Source: a bacterium (GTDB lineage Bacteria; Patescibacteriota; Minisyncoccia; UBA6257; HR35). From it: a stretch of 56,965 bases of DNA. The stretch lies in contig JBBINE010000005.1 in NCBI GenBank assembly GCA_037444025.1, positions 22,590 through 79,554 of the forward strand, written 5' to 3'. A program made the position numbers and the translations under genes. Numbering within the stretch: position 1 is the first letter of the stretch; every line of letters starts with the position of its first letter. Below, one piece after another: positions 1 through 8,096 of the stretch. A model generated the notes under the pieces. That model saw only the letters and a list, made by a program, of their open reading frames with translations, searched no databases and was not told the DNA's origin.

Positions 1-25
1 GATTTAAATATATGGATTAATTTTT

Positions 26-364
26 TGGTGGAGGTGAGGGGAGTCGAACCCCTATGGAAAGAAAAATAGGGTTGATGTTTCTCCTGGCGCAGTCAAGTTT
101 TTTATTTTCTTCCTTTAAAAGAAAACTTGACAAACTTTTAAAGGAATAGACTCTTGGTTTTTTAGGATTAAAGACGAGCCTTCTTTAATCCCTAGCGAGA
201 CAACCATATGATCCTTGAAAGATAGTCTCGCCCTACTTTCAAGGATCCTACGCTACGAAAGAGCGTAGACTGGAGATGTGTTGGCACTTTTTTAGCTGTT
301 GAAGGTTGCTAACCTGCCAGCTGCATCAACCATTTTTCTTTCTCAACTTCCTCTTTTCACCCCC
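26..364 (-). ncRNA. ssrA: tmRNA (SsrA)
   Basis: The minus strand reads 5'-GGGGGTGAAAAG ... GGGGTTCGACTCCCCTCACCTCCACCA-3'. It has a tRNA-Ala-like acceptor stem with a G3:U70 wobble, a T-arm GGTTCGACTCC and an encoded CCA. An internal frame GCC AAC ACA TCT CCA GVC-type tag (285..253) reads ANTSPVYALS-stop. The gene lies immediately downstream of smpB on the same strand. Confidence 0.85.
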
Positions 365-413
365 CAATATATTTTTATTATACCATAATTTTATGATATT
401 TTCAAGCTATAGT

Positions 414-863
414 TCATTTGGCTACTCTTTCTCTTTTAAGATATCTTTCTCTTGTTCGGACGAACTCTCTTTTTTTTATTTTTTCTCTTTTTTCGTATTT
501 TTTTAATCCTTTAACCAGAGCTATTTCTACTTTGAGCAAATTATTTTTATTAAAAATTTTTAAAGGAATTAATGTTTGCCCCGGTTTTTTTATTTCTGTA
601 AGTAGGTAATCAATTTCATTTTTTTTTAATAAAAGCTTTCTTTCTCTTAAAGGATCATAATTTTTAGAGTCTTTTTCTTGATAGGGAGGAAGATAAAAAT
701 TGAGCAAAAATAATTCTCGACCACGGTTAGAAACATAAGCATTTTCTAGACTTCCATGACCTTCAAATATTGACTTTACTTCAAAACCTTTAAGTTTTAT
801 ACCAGCAGTAAATTTTTTTATAATTTCGTAATTAAATAATTTTTTATTTGTTATTAAAACCAT
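414..863 (-). CDS. smpB: SsrA-binding protein SmpB
   Basis: SmpB-like sequence: GIKLKGFEVKSI, NAYV, ELFLLNFYLPPY, YDPLRERKLLLKKNEI, KVEIALVKGLKKYEKRE. The likely start is MVLITNKK at 863; the track ORF extends to 923. Confidence 0.9.
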   Translation of the reverse strand: MVLITNKKLFNYEIIKKFTAGIKLKGFEVKSIFEGHGSLENAYVSNRGRELFLLNFYLPPYQEKDSKNYDPLRERKLLLKKNEIDYLLTEIKKPGQTLIPLKIFNKNNLLKVEIALVKGLKKYEKREKIKKREFVRTRERYLKRERVAK

Positions 864-885
864 AATTTTATTATAATTAAAGGTA

Positions 886-3000
886 ATGGTTAAAAAAAAT
901 AAAGGTTCTAAAAAGAAAAACAATAATTATCTTAAATTATTTGTTCTTGTTTTCCAAAGGTTTATTTTAGAGCATTTTAAAGAGTTGATCGGTTGGTTTT
1001 TTATTGCTTTGACTGCTTTTATAGGGGTTAGTTTTTTAAGTGATGGGGGAATTATTACTTCTAAAATAAAAAATTTCTTTTACTATTTTTTCGGTTGGGG
1101 TTCTTTCTTTATGTTTGTTCTTTTATTTTATTATGGGATCTTTTTACTAAAAAAATCGGATAGTCTTAGACTTTTAAAAGTTTCTTTCGCTTTGATTTTT
1201 GTTCTTTTGGTTATTGTTTTTTATCTTCATTTTGTTTTTAGAGAAGGAGGAGTTTTAGGAGATTTTATTTTAGGTTTTTCTCGTTTTGTAGGTAACTTAG
1301 GCCTTTTCTCTTTTTCTTTTTTCCTCTTAGGTTTTTCTTTTTGGCTTATTTATGAAGATAAATTTTTTGATTTTTTAGGATTGATTTTTAAAAAATCAGA
1401 GAAAATTGTAGAGGATAAAATTCTTGGTCCCAAGGTTGTTAAACCTGAAGCAATTAAAACAGTTAAAAAAGAAACAAAGAGTTTAAATATCGATATTGCT
1501 CAACCTATAAAAAACAATAATTTAAAAAAAAGAAAAATTGTTCCTCGGGGACCATGGAAATTACCTCCATTAGACTTGTTGATTCAAGCTAAGGAAGAAG
1601 TTGTTGCTCCTGATATTAAGGTTACATCAGAAATAATTAAAAAGACATTAGAAAATTTTGGTATTGCTTCAGAAATTGTTGAAGTGGAAATAGGTCCAGC
1701 AGTAACTAGGTTTGCTCTTAAACCCGGAGAAGGAGTTAAGCTATCAAAAATTTTAAGTTTACAAAATGATATTGCTTTATCTCTCGGAACTTCTAGTCTT
1801 TATATTGAAACCCCTATTCCTGGTAAGGCTGTTATTGGTATCGAGGTTCCTAATCAAAAATCGGCTGTAGTACGTTTAGGTAATTTATTAAGAGAAAAAG
1901 AATTTATCGAATCCCAATCTCTATTTCTTTTTCCTTTAGGTAGAAAAATTACAGGCGAAGTAGCTTTTGCTGACTTAGCTAAAATGCCCCATCTTTTAAT
2001 AGCTGGTACTACGGGATCGGGAAAATCAATTTTTATCCATAATCTCCTAATTTCTTTATTAATGAAAAATACACCAGAAACATTGAATTTAACTTTGGTA
2101 GATCCTAAAAGGGTTGAACTTATAAATTATAGTAAATTACCACATCTAATCATCGACCCAATCGTAGAAGTTAAAAAATCGCTTTCTTTATTTAATTGGT
2201 TGATCCAAGAAATGGAAGAGAGATATAAACTTCTTGAAGAATCTCAGTCTAGAGATATTGATTCCTATAATAAAAAACAATTACAGAAAAAGGGTAAATT
2301 AATTCCTCGTATTATTTTAGTAATTGATGAATTAGCTGACCTTATGATTTCTTATGGTTCTAGTTTAGAGGCAATGATAATCAGGCTTTCTCAAATGGCT
2401 AGAGCTACCGGAATTCATTTGGTTTTAGCTACCCAAAGACCATCAGTTGACATTATCACTGGTTTAATAAAAGCTAATATTCCTAATAGAATTTGCTTTA
2501 AGGTAGCCTCTAATGTAGATTCAAGAACTGTTTTAGATATGGGGGGAGCCGAAAAATTAATCGGTTCAGGAGATGGTTTGTTTATTTCTACTTTTTCTCA
2601 CCGACCTTTAAGAATAAAATCTTCTTTAGTTACAGAAAAAGAAATTCAAAATGTTGTTGCATTTTGGAAAAAGCAAACAGAAGCAATACCCGATTTTGAA
2701 AAAGGACAAATAGATTTAGAAGAAATAGAAAGAAAGATAATAGCTAGCGAAGATTCAGAAGATGAAGATTTGTTAAATCAAGCTATAGAGATAGTTATTC
2801 AGTCAGGGAAAGCTTCGACTTCGTTACTTCAAAGAAGGTTAAAAATTGGTTATGCTCGCGCAGCTAGGATTTTAGATTTAATGGAAGAAAAAGGTATTAT
2901 TGGGCCACAGGAAGGGTCTAAACCTAGAAAAATTTTAATAGATAAGGATTATTTTAAATACTCAAATAATAACGGTGAAGCTAAGCAAATAGAAGAATAG
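886..3000 (+). CDS. ftsK: DNA translocase FtsK/SpoIIIE
   Basis: N-terminal TM helices, Walker A GTTGSGKS, VIDELADLM, ATQRPSVDIITG, and a C-terminal winged-helix gamma domain (STSLLQRRLKIGYARAARILD). Confidence 0.92.
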   Translation: MVKKNKGSKKKNNNYLKLFVLVFQRFILEHFKELIGWFFIALTAFIGVSFLSDGGIITSKIKNFFYYFFGWGSFFMFVLLFYYGIFLLKKSDSLRLLKVSFALIFVLLVIVFYLHFVFREGGVLGDFILGFSRFVGNLGLFSFSFFLLGFSFWLIYEDKFFDFLGLIFKKSEKIVEDKILGPKVVKPEAIKTVKKETKSLNIDIAQPIKNNNLKKRKIVPRGPWKLPPLDLLIQAKEEVVAPDIKVTSEIIKKTLENFGIASEIVEVEIGPAVTRFALKPGEGVKLSKILSLQNDIALSLGTSSLYIETPIPGKAVIGIEVPNQKSAVVRLGNLLREKEFIESQSLFLFPLGRKITGEVAFADLAKMPHLLIAGTTGSGKSIFIHNLLISLLMKNTPETLNLTLVDPKRVELINYSKLPHLIIDPIVEVKKSLSLFNWLIQEMEERYKLLEESQSRDIDSYNKKQLQKKGKLIPRIILVIDELADLMISYGSSLEAMIIRLSQMARATGIHLVLATQRPSVDIITGLIKANIPNRICFKVASNVDSRTVLDMGGAEKLIGSGDGLFISTFSHRPLRIKSSLVTEKEIQNVVAFWKKQTEAIPDFEKGQIDLEEIERKIIASEDSEDEDLLNQAIEIVIQSGKASTSLLQRRLKIGYARAARILDLMEEKGIIGPQEGSKPRKILIDKDYFKYSNNNGEAKQIEE

Positions 3001-3800
3001 GTTCCTATAATAATTCCTATTTGAATAGCTATTAAAAATCCTTGTAGTTCAGGTATCAAGAAAGTTAAAGGAAGTATAGCTAGAATTGCTGTGGAAGAAA
3101 CAAAAATTGATCTTCTTAGGGTTTGAGTAATACTTTGATTGAAAATTTCTTTTATCTTAGAAATATCTTTTTTATTGCTTTTCATGTTTAATAAATTTTC
3201 TCGCAGTCTATCAAAAACAACAATGGTATCATGTACGGAAAAACCTGTTATAATTAACATAGCAGTAATAAACTTTAAATCAAGATCGAAATTAAAATAT
3301 TTCGACAAAAAAACATAAAAACCCACTGAACCCATGATGTCATGAAAAAGAGTGACTATAACAATAAAGGAAATGATTACCAAAGAGAAATAAGTTTTGA
3401 GTTTTCTAAAAGCAAACGCAATATAACTACCGATGGCTAAAAGAACGAAGATAATCATTAACAAAGCTTTTCGTCTTAATTCATAACTTAAATTACTGCT
3501 TAAAGAGTCCTGGCGAATTCTTTCACTTTGAGGATCTCTTTTTTTTATTTCTGACCATAAATTCTTAAGATTTTCACCTTTAATAATATAAGAATCTTTT
3601 GTCTGGAAAACGTTCCCCCTGATTCCTAGATCTTTTAATAAATTTTTTACTTCAAGATTAGTTTTTACTTCTAATATTTCTCCTCCAATTAAATCTATTC
3701 CTAACTTAGGATGAAAAATATAAAGACTCAATGCTCCAAATAACACCAATAGCAAACTAATAAAATAAAAAAAATATCTAATTTTTATAAAATCAATCAT
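2949..3800 (-). CDS. secF: protein translocase subunit SecF
   Basis: 283 aa polytopic protein with the SecF-type pattern GFSVHDTIVVFDRLREN. It overlaps secD by 8 nt and its 3' end overlaps ftsK convergently by 52 nt. Confidence 0.85.
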   Translation of the reverse strand: MIDFIKIRYFFYFISLLLVLFGALSLYIFHPKLGIDLIGGEILEVKTNLEVKNLLKDLGIRGNVFQTKDSYIIKGENLKNLWSEIKKRDPQSERIRQDSLSSNLSYELRRKALLMIIFVLLAIGSYIAFAFRKLKTYFSLVIISFIVIVTLFHDIMGSVGFYVFLSKYFNFDLDLKFITAMLIITGFSVHDTIVVFDRLRENLLNMKSNKKDISKIKEIFNQSITQTLRRSIFVSSTAILAILPLTFLIPELQGFLIAIQIGIIIGTYSSICLASPLLFEYLK

Positions 3801-5052
3801 TGTTTTTTTTGTTTTTTAAGGAATAAAATTCTTCTAAAAGATAATGGGTAAAAAAAGTTGCAGTTAAAAAACTTATTAAAACGCCTAAAAATAATGTTAG
3901 AGCAAATCCTTTAACAAAGGAAGTAGCCAAAAAATAAATGACTAAAGATGAAATAATGGTTGTTACATTAGAATCTCTAATTGAAGAAAAGGCTCTGATA
4001 AAACCTTCTTTGATAGCCTCTTTCTGTTTAAGACCTCTTTTGATTTCTTCTTTTACTCTTTCAAAAATTAGAATATTAGCATCTACAGCCATTCCTACTG
4101 ACAAAACGAATCCAACCAAAGAAGCTAAAGAAATTGTTATACCTAATAACTTGTAAAGAGCTAAATTAAATACAATAAATACCAAAAGAGCTAAATCAGC
4201 TACTAAACCGTGAAATCTATAAAAAGCTAACATAAAGAATATCACCAGTAATATCCCAATTATCGATCCTTTTATAGCCAAATCCAAAAACTTTTGTCCC
4301 ATTGAGGGAGCAACTATTGAAACAGCTACTAATTTCAAAGGTACAGGTAAAGCTCCCTGATTTAATCTTTGAGCTAAAATTCTCGCTTCTTCTAAATTAA
4401 AATTTCCAGAAATTTGTGCTTGACCAGTTTCAATTTTACTTCTGACTATAGGAGCACTAATAATCTGATTATCTAGATAAATAGCAATTGGTTGTCCTAA
4501 ATACTTTTCCGTTAACTCTTTAAATTTTTTTGTTCCTTCTTTATCAAAATAGACAATAACATTTGGTTCCATAGTTCTAGGATCTATTTGAATTTCAGCT
4601 TTTTCAATATTTTTACCAGTAATGTCTGATTTAACAAAAAGTTTATTGATATCTTCCTTGCTTAAGGAAGAAGTATTGATTTTTAAGTTTTCTGTTTTGG
4701 TTATATCAATTGGATAAGCAAATTCTAACAGAGGTGTTTCTCCTATAATTTTTATTGCTTCTTCTGGGTTTTTAATATGAGGTATTTCTACTAAAAATTT
4801 ACCATCACCTGAAAAGCTAATAAAAAATTCTGCTAAACCAAGAAAGTTAATTCTTCTTTCAATTAAATCTTTTGTTTGTTCTAATGCTTCTTTCTGTTTT
4901 TCGCGTGATAAATTTTTAATCTCAGCTTGATAAGTTAAAATAGTCCCTCCTGAAACATCCATTCCCAAAGAAAAAGGTTTATGAGATAAAAAAATAAAAA
5001 TTAATGATATCAAAAAAAAGAAAAAAAACGAAAAAATGAAATACCTATGCAT
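3793..5052 (-). CDS. secD: protein translocase subunit SecD
   Basis: 419 aa with LGMDVSGG, a periplasmic domain, and a C-terminal 6-TM region containing GMAVDANILIFERVKEE. Confidence 0.88.
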   Translation of the reverse strand: MHRYFIFSFFFFFLISLIFIFLSHKPFSLGMDVSGGTILTYQAEIKNLSREKQKEALEQTKDLIERRINFLGLAEFFISFSGDGKFLVEIPHIKNPEEAIKIIGETPLLEFAYPIDITKTENLKINTSSLSKEDINKLFVKSDITGKNIEKAEIQIDPRTMEPNVIVYFDKEGTKKFKELTEKYLGQPIAIYLDNQIISAPIVRSKIETGQAQISGNFNLEEARILAQRLNQGALPVPLKLVAVSIVAPSMGQKFLDLAIKGSIIGILLVIFFMLAFYRFHGLVADLALLVFIVFNLALYKLLGITISLASLVGFVLSVGMAVDANILIFERVKEEIKRGLKQKEAIKEGFIRAFSSIRDSNVTTIISSLVIYFLATSFVKGFALTLFLGVLISFLTATFFTHYLLEEFYSLKNKKNND

Positions 5053-5079
5053 TTTAATTAAGTTTTTAAGGAATTGTTT

Positions 5080-5340
5080 TTAATTTTTAGCCTTTTGGAA
5101 TAGTTTAGAAAAATCAATTTCTAAACTATTTTTAAGTTTATCATAAATTTTATTAAAATCGATAGGAAGAATATCTTTTAAAAAATTAACTAAACGGTTG
5201 AATCCTAATTTTAAATAATTAACTAAATTTTCCCAGCTAAGAAATTTTTTCAAGCTATCTAACACTTTTTCAGGCAAAAAAGCAAAAATTAATAAGATAA
5301 CAACGATATAAAAAGCTATTTTGATTAAACCCTCGATCAT
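5080..5340 (-). CDS. small membrane protein, function unknown
   Basis: 86-aa ORF with one N-terminal TM helix, tightly packed between gltX and secD on the same strand. No recognisable motif. Confidence 0.45.
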   Translation of the reverse strand: MIEGLIKIAFYIVVILLIFAFLPEKVLDSLKKFLSWENLVNYLKLGFNRLVNFLKDILPIDFNKIYDKLKNSLEIDFSKLFQKAKN

Positions 5341-5343
5341 TTT

Positions 5344-6783
5344 TTAAATTTTGTTAATTGCTTTTTCAATCAACTCAATTGTTTTTACTTTGCCTAAAAT
5401 TTCTGCTAGTTCTTGGGGTGGAGGAGAATTTTCTTTTCCAGATAAAGCAACTCTTAGTGGCCAATAATATTCACCTTTATCATCAAAATAAAGATGGTCA
5501 ATAACTTCTTTTATTTTAAGAGAAAAAAAATTGTTTTCAGGAATTTTTTCTAGTTCTTTTTTTATTCTTTCTAAGTTAAGTTTTATCTTGTCTAAATCAA
5601 TATTTTTCCACATAAGAAGATCTTTATCATAGTCAAATTTTTTAAAGAAAAAATCGACTGTGGTTAAGAGATCGTTTAAAGTAGTAGCTCTTTCTTTTCC
5701 CAAGTCAATTATTTTTAAGATTTTTTCTTGAGAGTAAAGAACTTCATTGTTTGCTCTAAAATAATCTTTTTCCCACTGTCCCCAAGGAGAAAAATCTAAC
5801 ATTTGAATTAAATCTTGACTATTTTTTCTTCTCAGGTAATAACGGTTGAAAAAATATAATTTACTATTGTTAAAAATAGCTGGCGACTTATTAATTCGTT
5901 CTAAGCTGAAACTAGCTATCATTTCCTCAAGAGAGATAATTTCTTTATCTGTTTTGGGATGCCATCCTAGCAGAGCAACAAAATTTAAAATAGCTTCAGG
6001 CAAAAATCCTTCTTTTCGATAATCATCTATACTTTTAGCTCCTTGCCTTTTAGATAGTTTTGATCTTTCTGGTCCTAAAACTAGAGGCAAATGAACAAAA
6101 ATAGGTTCTGTCCATTCTAAATACTTATAGATTAAAATTTGTTTAGGGGTGGTGGAAACAAACTCTTCTCCTCTTAAAACATGGGTAATTCCTTGATAGT
6201 GATCGTCTACTGTGTTAGCTAATACGTAAAGAGGCTCTTTTTCGTTTTTAGCAATTATAAAATCTCCCACTTTTTTAAAATCGTATTTAATTTCTCCTCT
6301 CAAATAATCTTTAAAAGTTATAATTTTATCAGGAACTTTTAATCTAACAACATAAGGTGTCCGTTTATTTAATTTTTCTTCAATTTCTTTAGGTTCTAAA
6401 TTTTTACATGTACCTGGATAGACAGGAAGTTGTCCTCTAGTTAATGATTCTTGACGACGGAGATCTATTTCTTCTTTAGAACAAAAACAGAGATAAGCTA
6501 AATTTTTGTTTATTAGTTCTTTTATTACTTTTTGATAAAGGTCTATTCTTTCGCTTTGCCTTACAGGACCTTCATCCCATGAAATTCCTAACCAATTTAA
6601 AGATTCAATAATATCATCTTCAAATTCTTTCTTTGATCTTTCTTTATCAGTATCTTCGATTCTTAAAATAAAGACTCCTCGTTGTGATTTAGCCAAAAGA
6701 TAATTAAAAAGAGCAGTTCTGGCACCTCCTAAATGAAGTTTGCCAGTTGGAGAGGGAGCAAATCTAACTCTCACAGAGCTCAT
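5344..6783 (-). CDS. gltX: glutamate--tRNA ligase
   Basis: RFAPSPTGKLHLGGARTALFNY (HIGH region) and KLSKRQG (KMSKS-like), 479 aa. Confidence 0.93.
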   Translation of the reverse strand: MSSVRVRFAPSPTGKLHLGGARTALFNYLLAKSQRGVFILRIEDTDKERSKKEFEDDIIESLNWLGISWDEGPVRQSERIDLYQKVIKELINKNLAYLCFCSKEEIDLRRQESLTRGQLPVYPGTCKNLEPKEIEEKLNKRTPYVVRLKVPDKIITFKDYLRGEIKYDFKKVGDFIIAKNEKEPLYVLANTVDDHYQGITHVLRGEEFVSTTPKQILIYKYLEWTEPIFVHLPLVLGPERSKLSKRQGAKSIDDYRKEGFLPEAILNFVALLGWHPKTDKEIISLEEMIASFSLERINKSPAIFNNSKLYFFNRYYLRRKNSQDLIQMLDFSPWGQWEKDYFRANNEVLYSQEKILKIIDLGKERATTLNDLLTTVDFFFKKFDYDKDLLMWKNIDLDKIKLNLERIKKELEKIPENNFFSLKIKEVIDHLYFDDKGEYYWPLRVALSGKENSPPPQELAEILGKVKTIELIEKAINKI

Positions 6784-6800
6784 TTTATTAAATTATAACA

Positions 6801-8096
6801 TCAAATTTTGTTTTCAGATACGTTTAATGAAGGTATTAAAGTAGGGTCAGTAGGTAAGATAACTTTTACTTCTGTGCCTTTATCTTCTTCTGAAGATATT
6901 TCTATTTTTCCTCCGTGATTTTCGATAATTTTCTTAGCGTTAACTAAGCCTATACCAAAACCAGCAGCTTCTATATTTTTTGCTTTTGTACCACGATAAT
7001 ATTTTTTAAATAAGTTAGATATTTCTTCTTTACTCATTCCTATACCTGTATCTTTTATTTTGATAATCATATAAGGTCTATTTGGCATTTTATCAATGTC
7101 TATAATGACATTTCCGTTTTCTTTGTTATAAATAATGCTATTTTCTATTAAAGAAAACAAAGCTACGGTAATAAGATTAGGATCAGCAGGTATATTGGTT
7201 TTGGGTGGTACTTTAACTTCTACTTTTATTTTTTTTGATTCAATCTTAATTTTAAGTAAATTAAGAATAAAAAGTATTCTTTCTTCAATATCAACTTCTT
7301 TTATTTTTAAGTGAATAACAGCATCTTCTTTTTGTATAGGAGAAATAAGAGAAAGGGTGAGAATATTTAAGTTATCTATTATCTTTAAAGCATCTTCTAA
7401 TAAAGTTTTGTTTTCTTCATTTAGTGCTTTTTTATCAATAGCTTCTAATTGCCATCTAAGTTCGTTTAGTGGAGTTAAAAGATTATGGCTTGCTAATTGA
7501 ATAAATTCTAATTTTTTTTCGTTTTCCAAGATATCTTCTGTTTTATCAATAGCTATTCTTAGATTATATTTTTTATCCAATTCGATAGGAAGATAGGTAA
7601 TTAAAAGATATTTGGTACTAGGAGAAGAAAATTTAACGCTAATTGTTTCTGGTTGTTGACTAATTATTTTTAGTTCTTCTCCCTCAAGAAAAGGAAAAAA
7701 AATATTAGCTAATATTTCATACTCTTTATTCTTTATTTGCCATTCTTTAACTGTTAAACCTACCAATGATTCTTTTTTTATTTTGACCAAAGAAGCAAAC
7801 GATTGATTTACAAAAACTATCTTTTTTTCGTCATCGTAGATAACAATCGCTTCTTTAAGTACGTCTAAAAGATTTTGAACTAAATAAAAGAAAGATGTTT
7901 TTTCTTCTTTAGGTTTTATTTTTATTATTTTGTAAACAAAATAAATTCCTAAAGCAGTAAATATTAAAGAAATAAAAATTAAAACTTTAATTAAATTAAA
8001 ATCCCTTAAAAGTAAAGCTAAAAACAAAACAATTACTACTATAAAGAAAAGAGCAAAGATTATTTTATCTATTTTTTTTTCTAAGGAAAAATTCAT
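6801..8096 (-). CDS. sensor histidine kinase (membrane anchored, PAS-like, HisKA, HATPase_c)
   Basis: Two N-terminal TM helices, H-box ASHNLLTPLNEL, N-box IENSIIYNKENG, and G-boxes DTGIGM and GFGIGL. No response regulator is adjacent. Confidence 0.85.
   Translation of the reverse strand: MNFSLEKKIDKIIFALFFIVVIVLFLALLLRDFNLIKVLIFISLIFTALGIYFVYKIIKIKPKEEKTSFFYLVQNLLDVLKEAIVIYDDEKKIVFVNQSFASLVKIKKESLVGLTVKEWQIKNKEYEILANIFFPFLEGEELKIISQQPETISVKFSSPSTKYLLITYLPIELDKKYNLRIAIDKTEDILENEKKLEFIQLASHNLLTPLNELRWQLEAIDKKALNEENKTLLEDALKIIDNLNILTLSLISPIQKEDAVIHLKIKEVDIEERILFILNLLKIKIESKKIKVEVKVPPKTNIPADPNLITVALFSLIENSIIYNKENGNVIIDIDKMPNRPYMIIKIKDTGIGMSKEEISNLFKKYYRGTKAKNIEAAGFGIGLVNAKKIIENHGGKIEISSEEDKGTEVKVILPTDPTLIPSLNVSENKI

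Noticed and set aside
306-609. Plus-strand ORFs 306..506 and 418..609.
   Set aside because: They are antisense to the tmRNA 5' end and smpB, and are low-complexity F/S/L-rich products of AT-rich antisense sequence. The same reasoning applies to the other antisense track ORFs. These are 3938..4156, 10917..11126, 12840..13127, 18638..18859, 21378..21590, 33231..33560, 33858..34145, 34408..34605, 35313..35504 and 35940..36125. Also 44598..44786, 45095..45280, 45438..45654, 49147..49350 and 49930..50130.
2949-3000. 52-nt convergent overlap of ftsK and secF, and the 22-bp divergent gap between smpB and ftsK (864..885), as signs of mis-annotation.
   Set aside because: Both gene ends are supported by continuous homology-like sequence up to their stops or starts. 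Such compaction is consistent with the rest of this window, so it is noted but not treated as anomalous.
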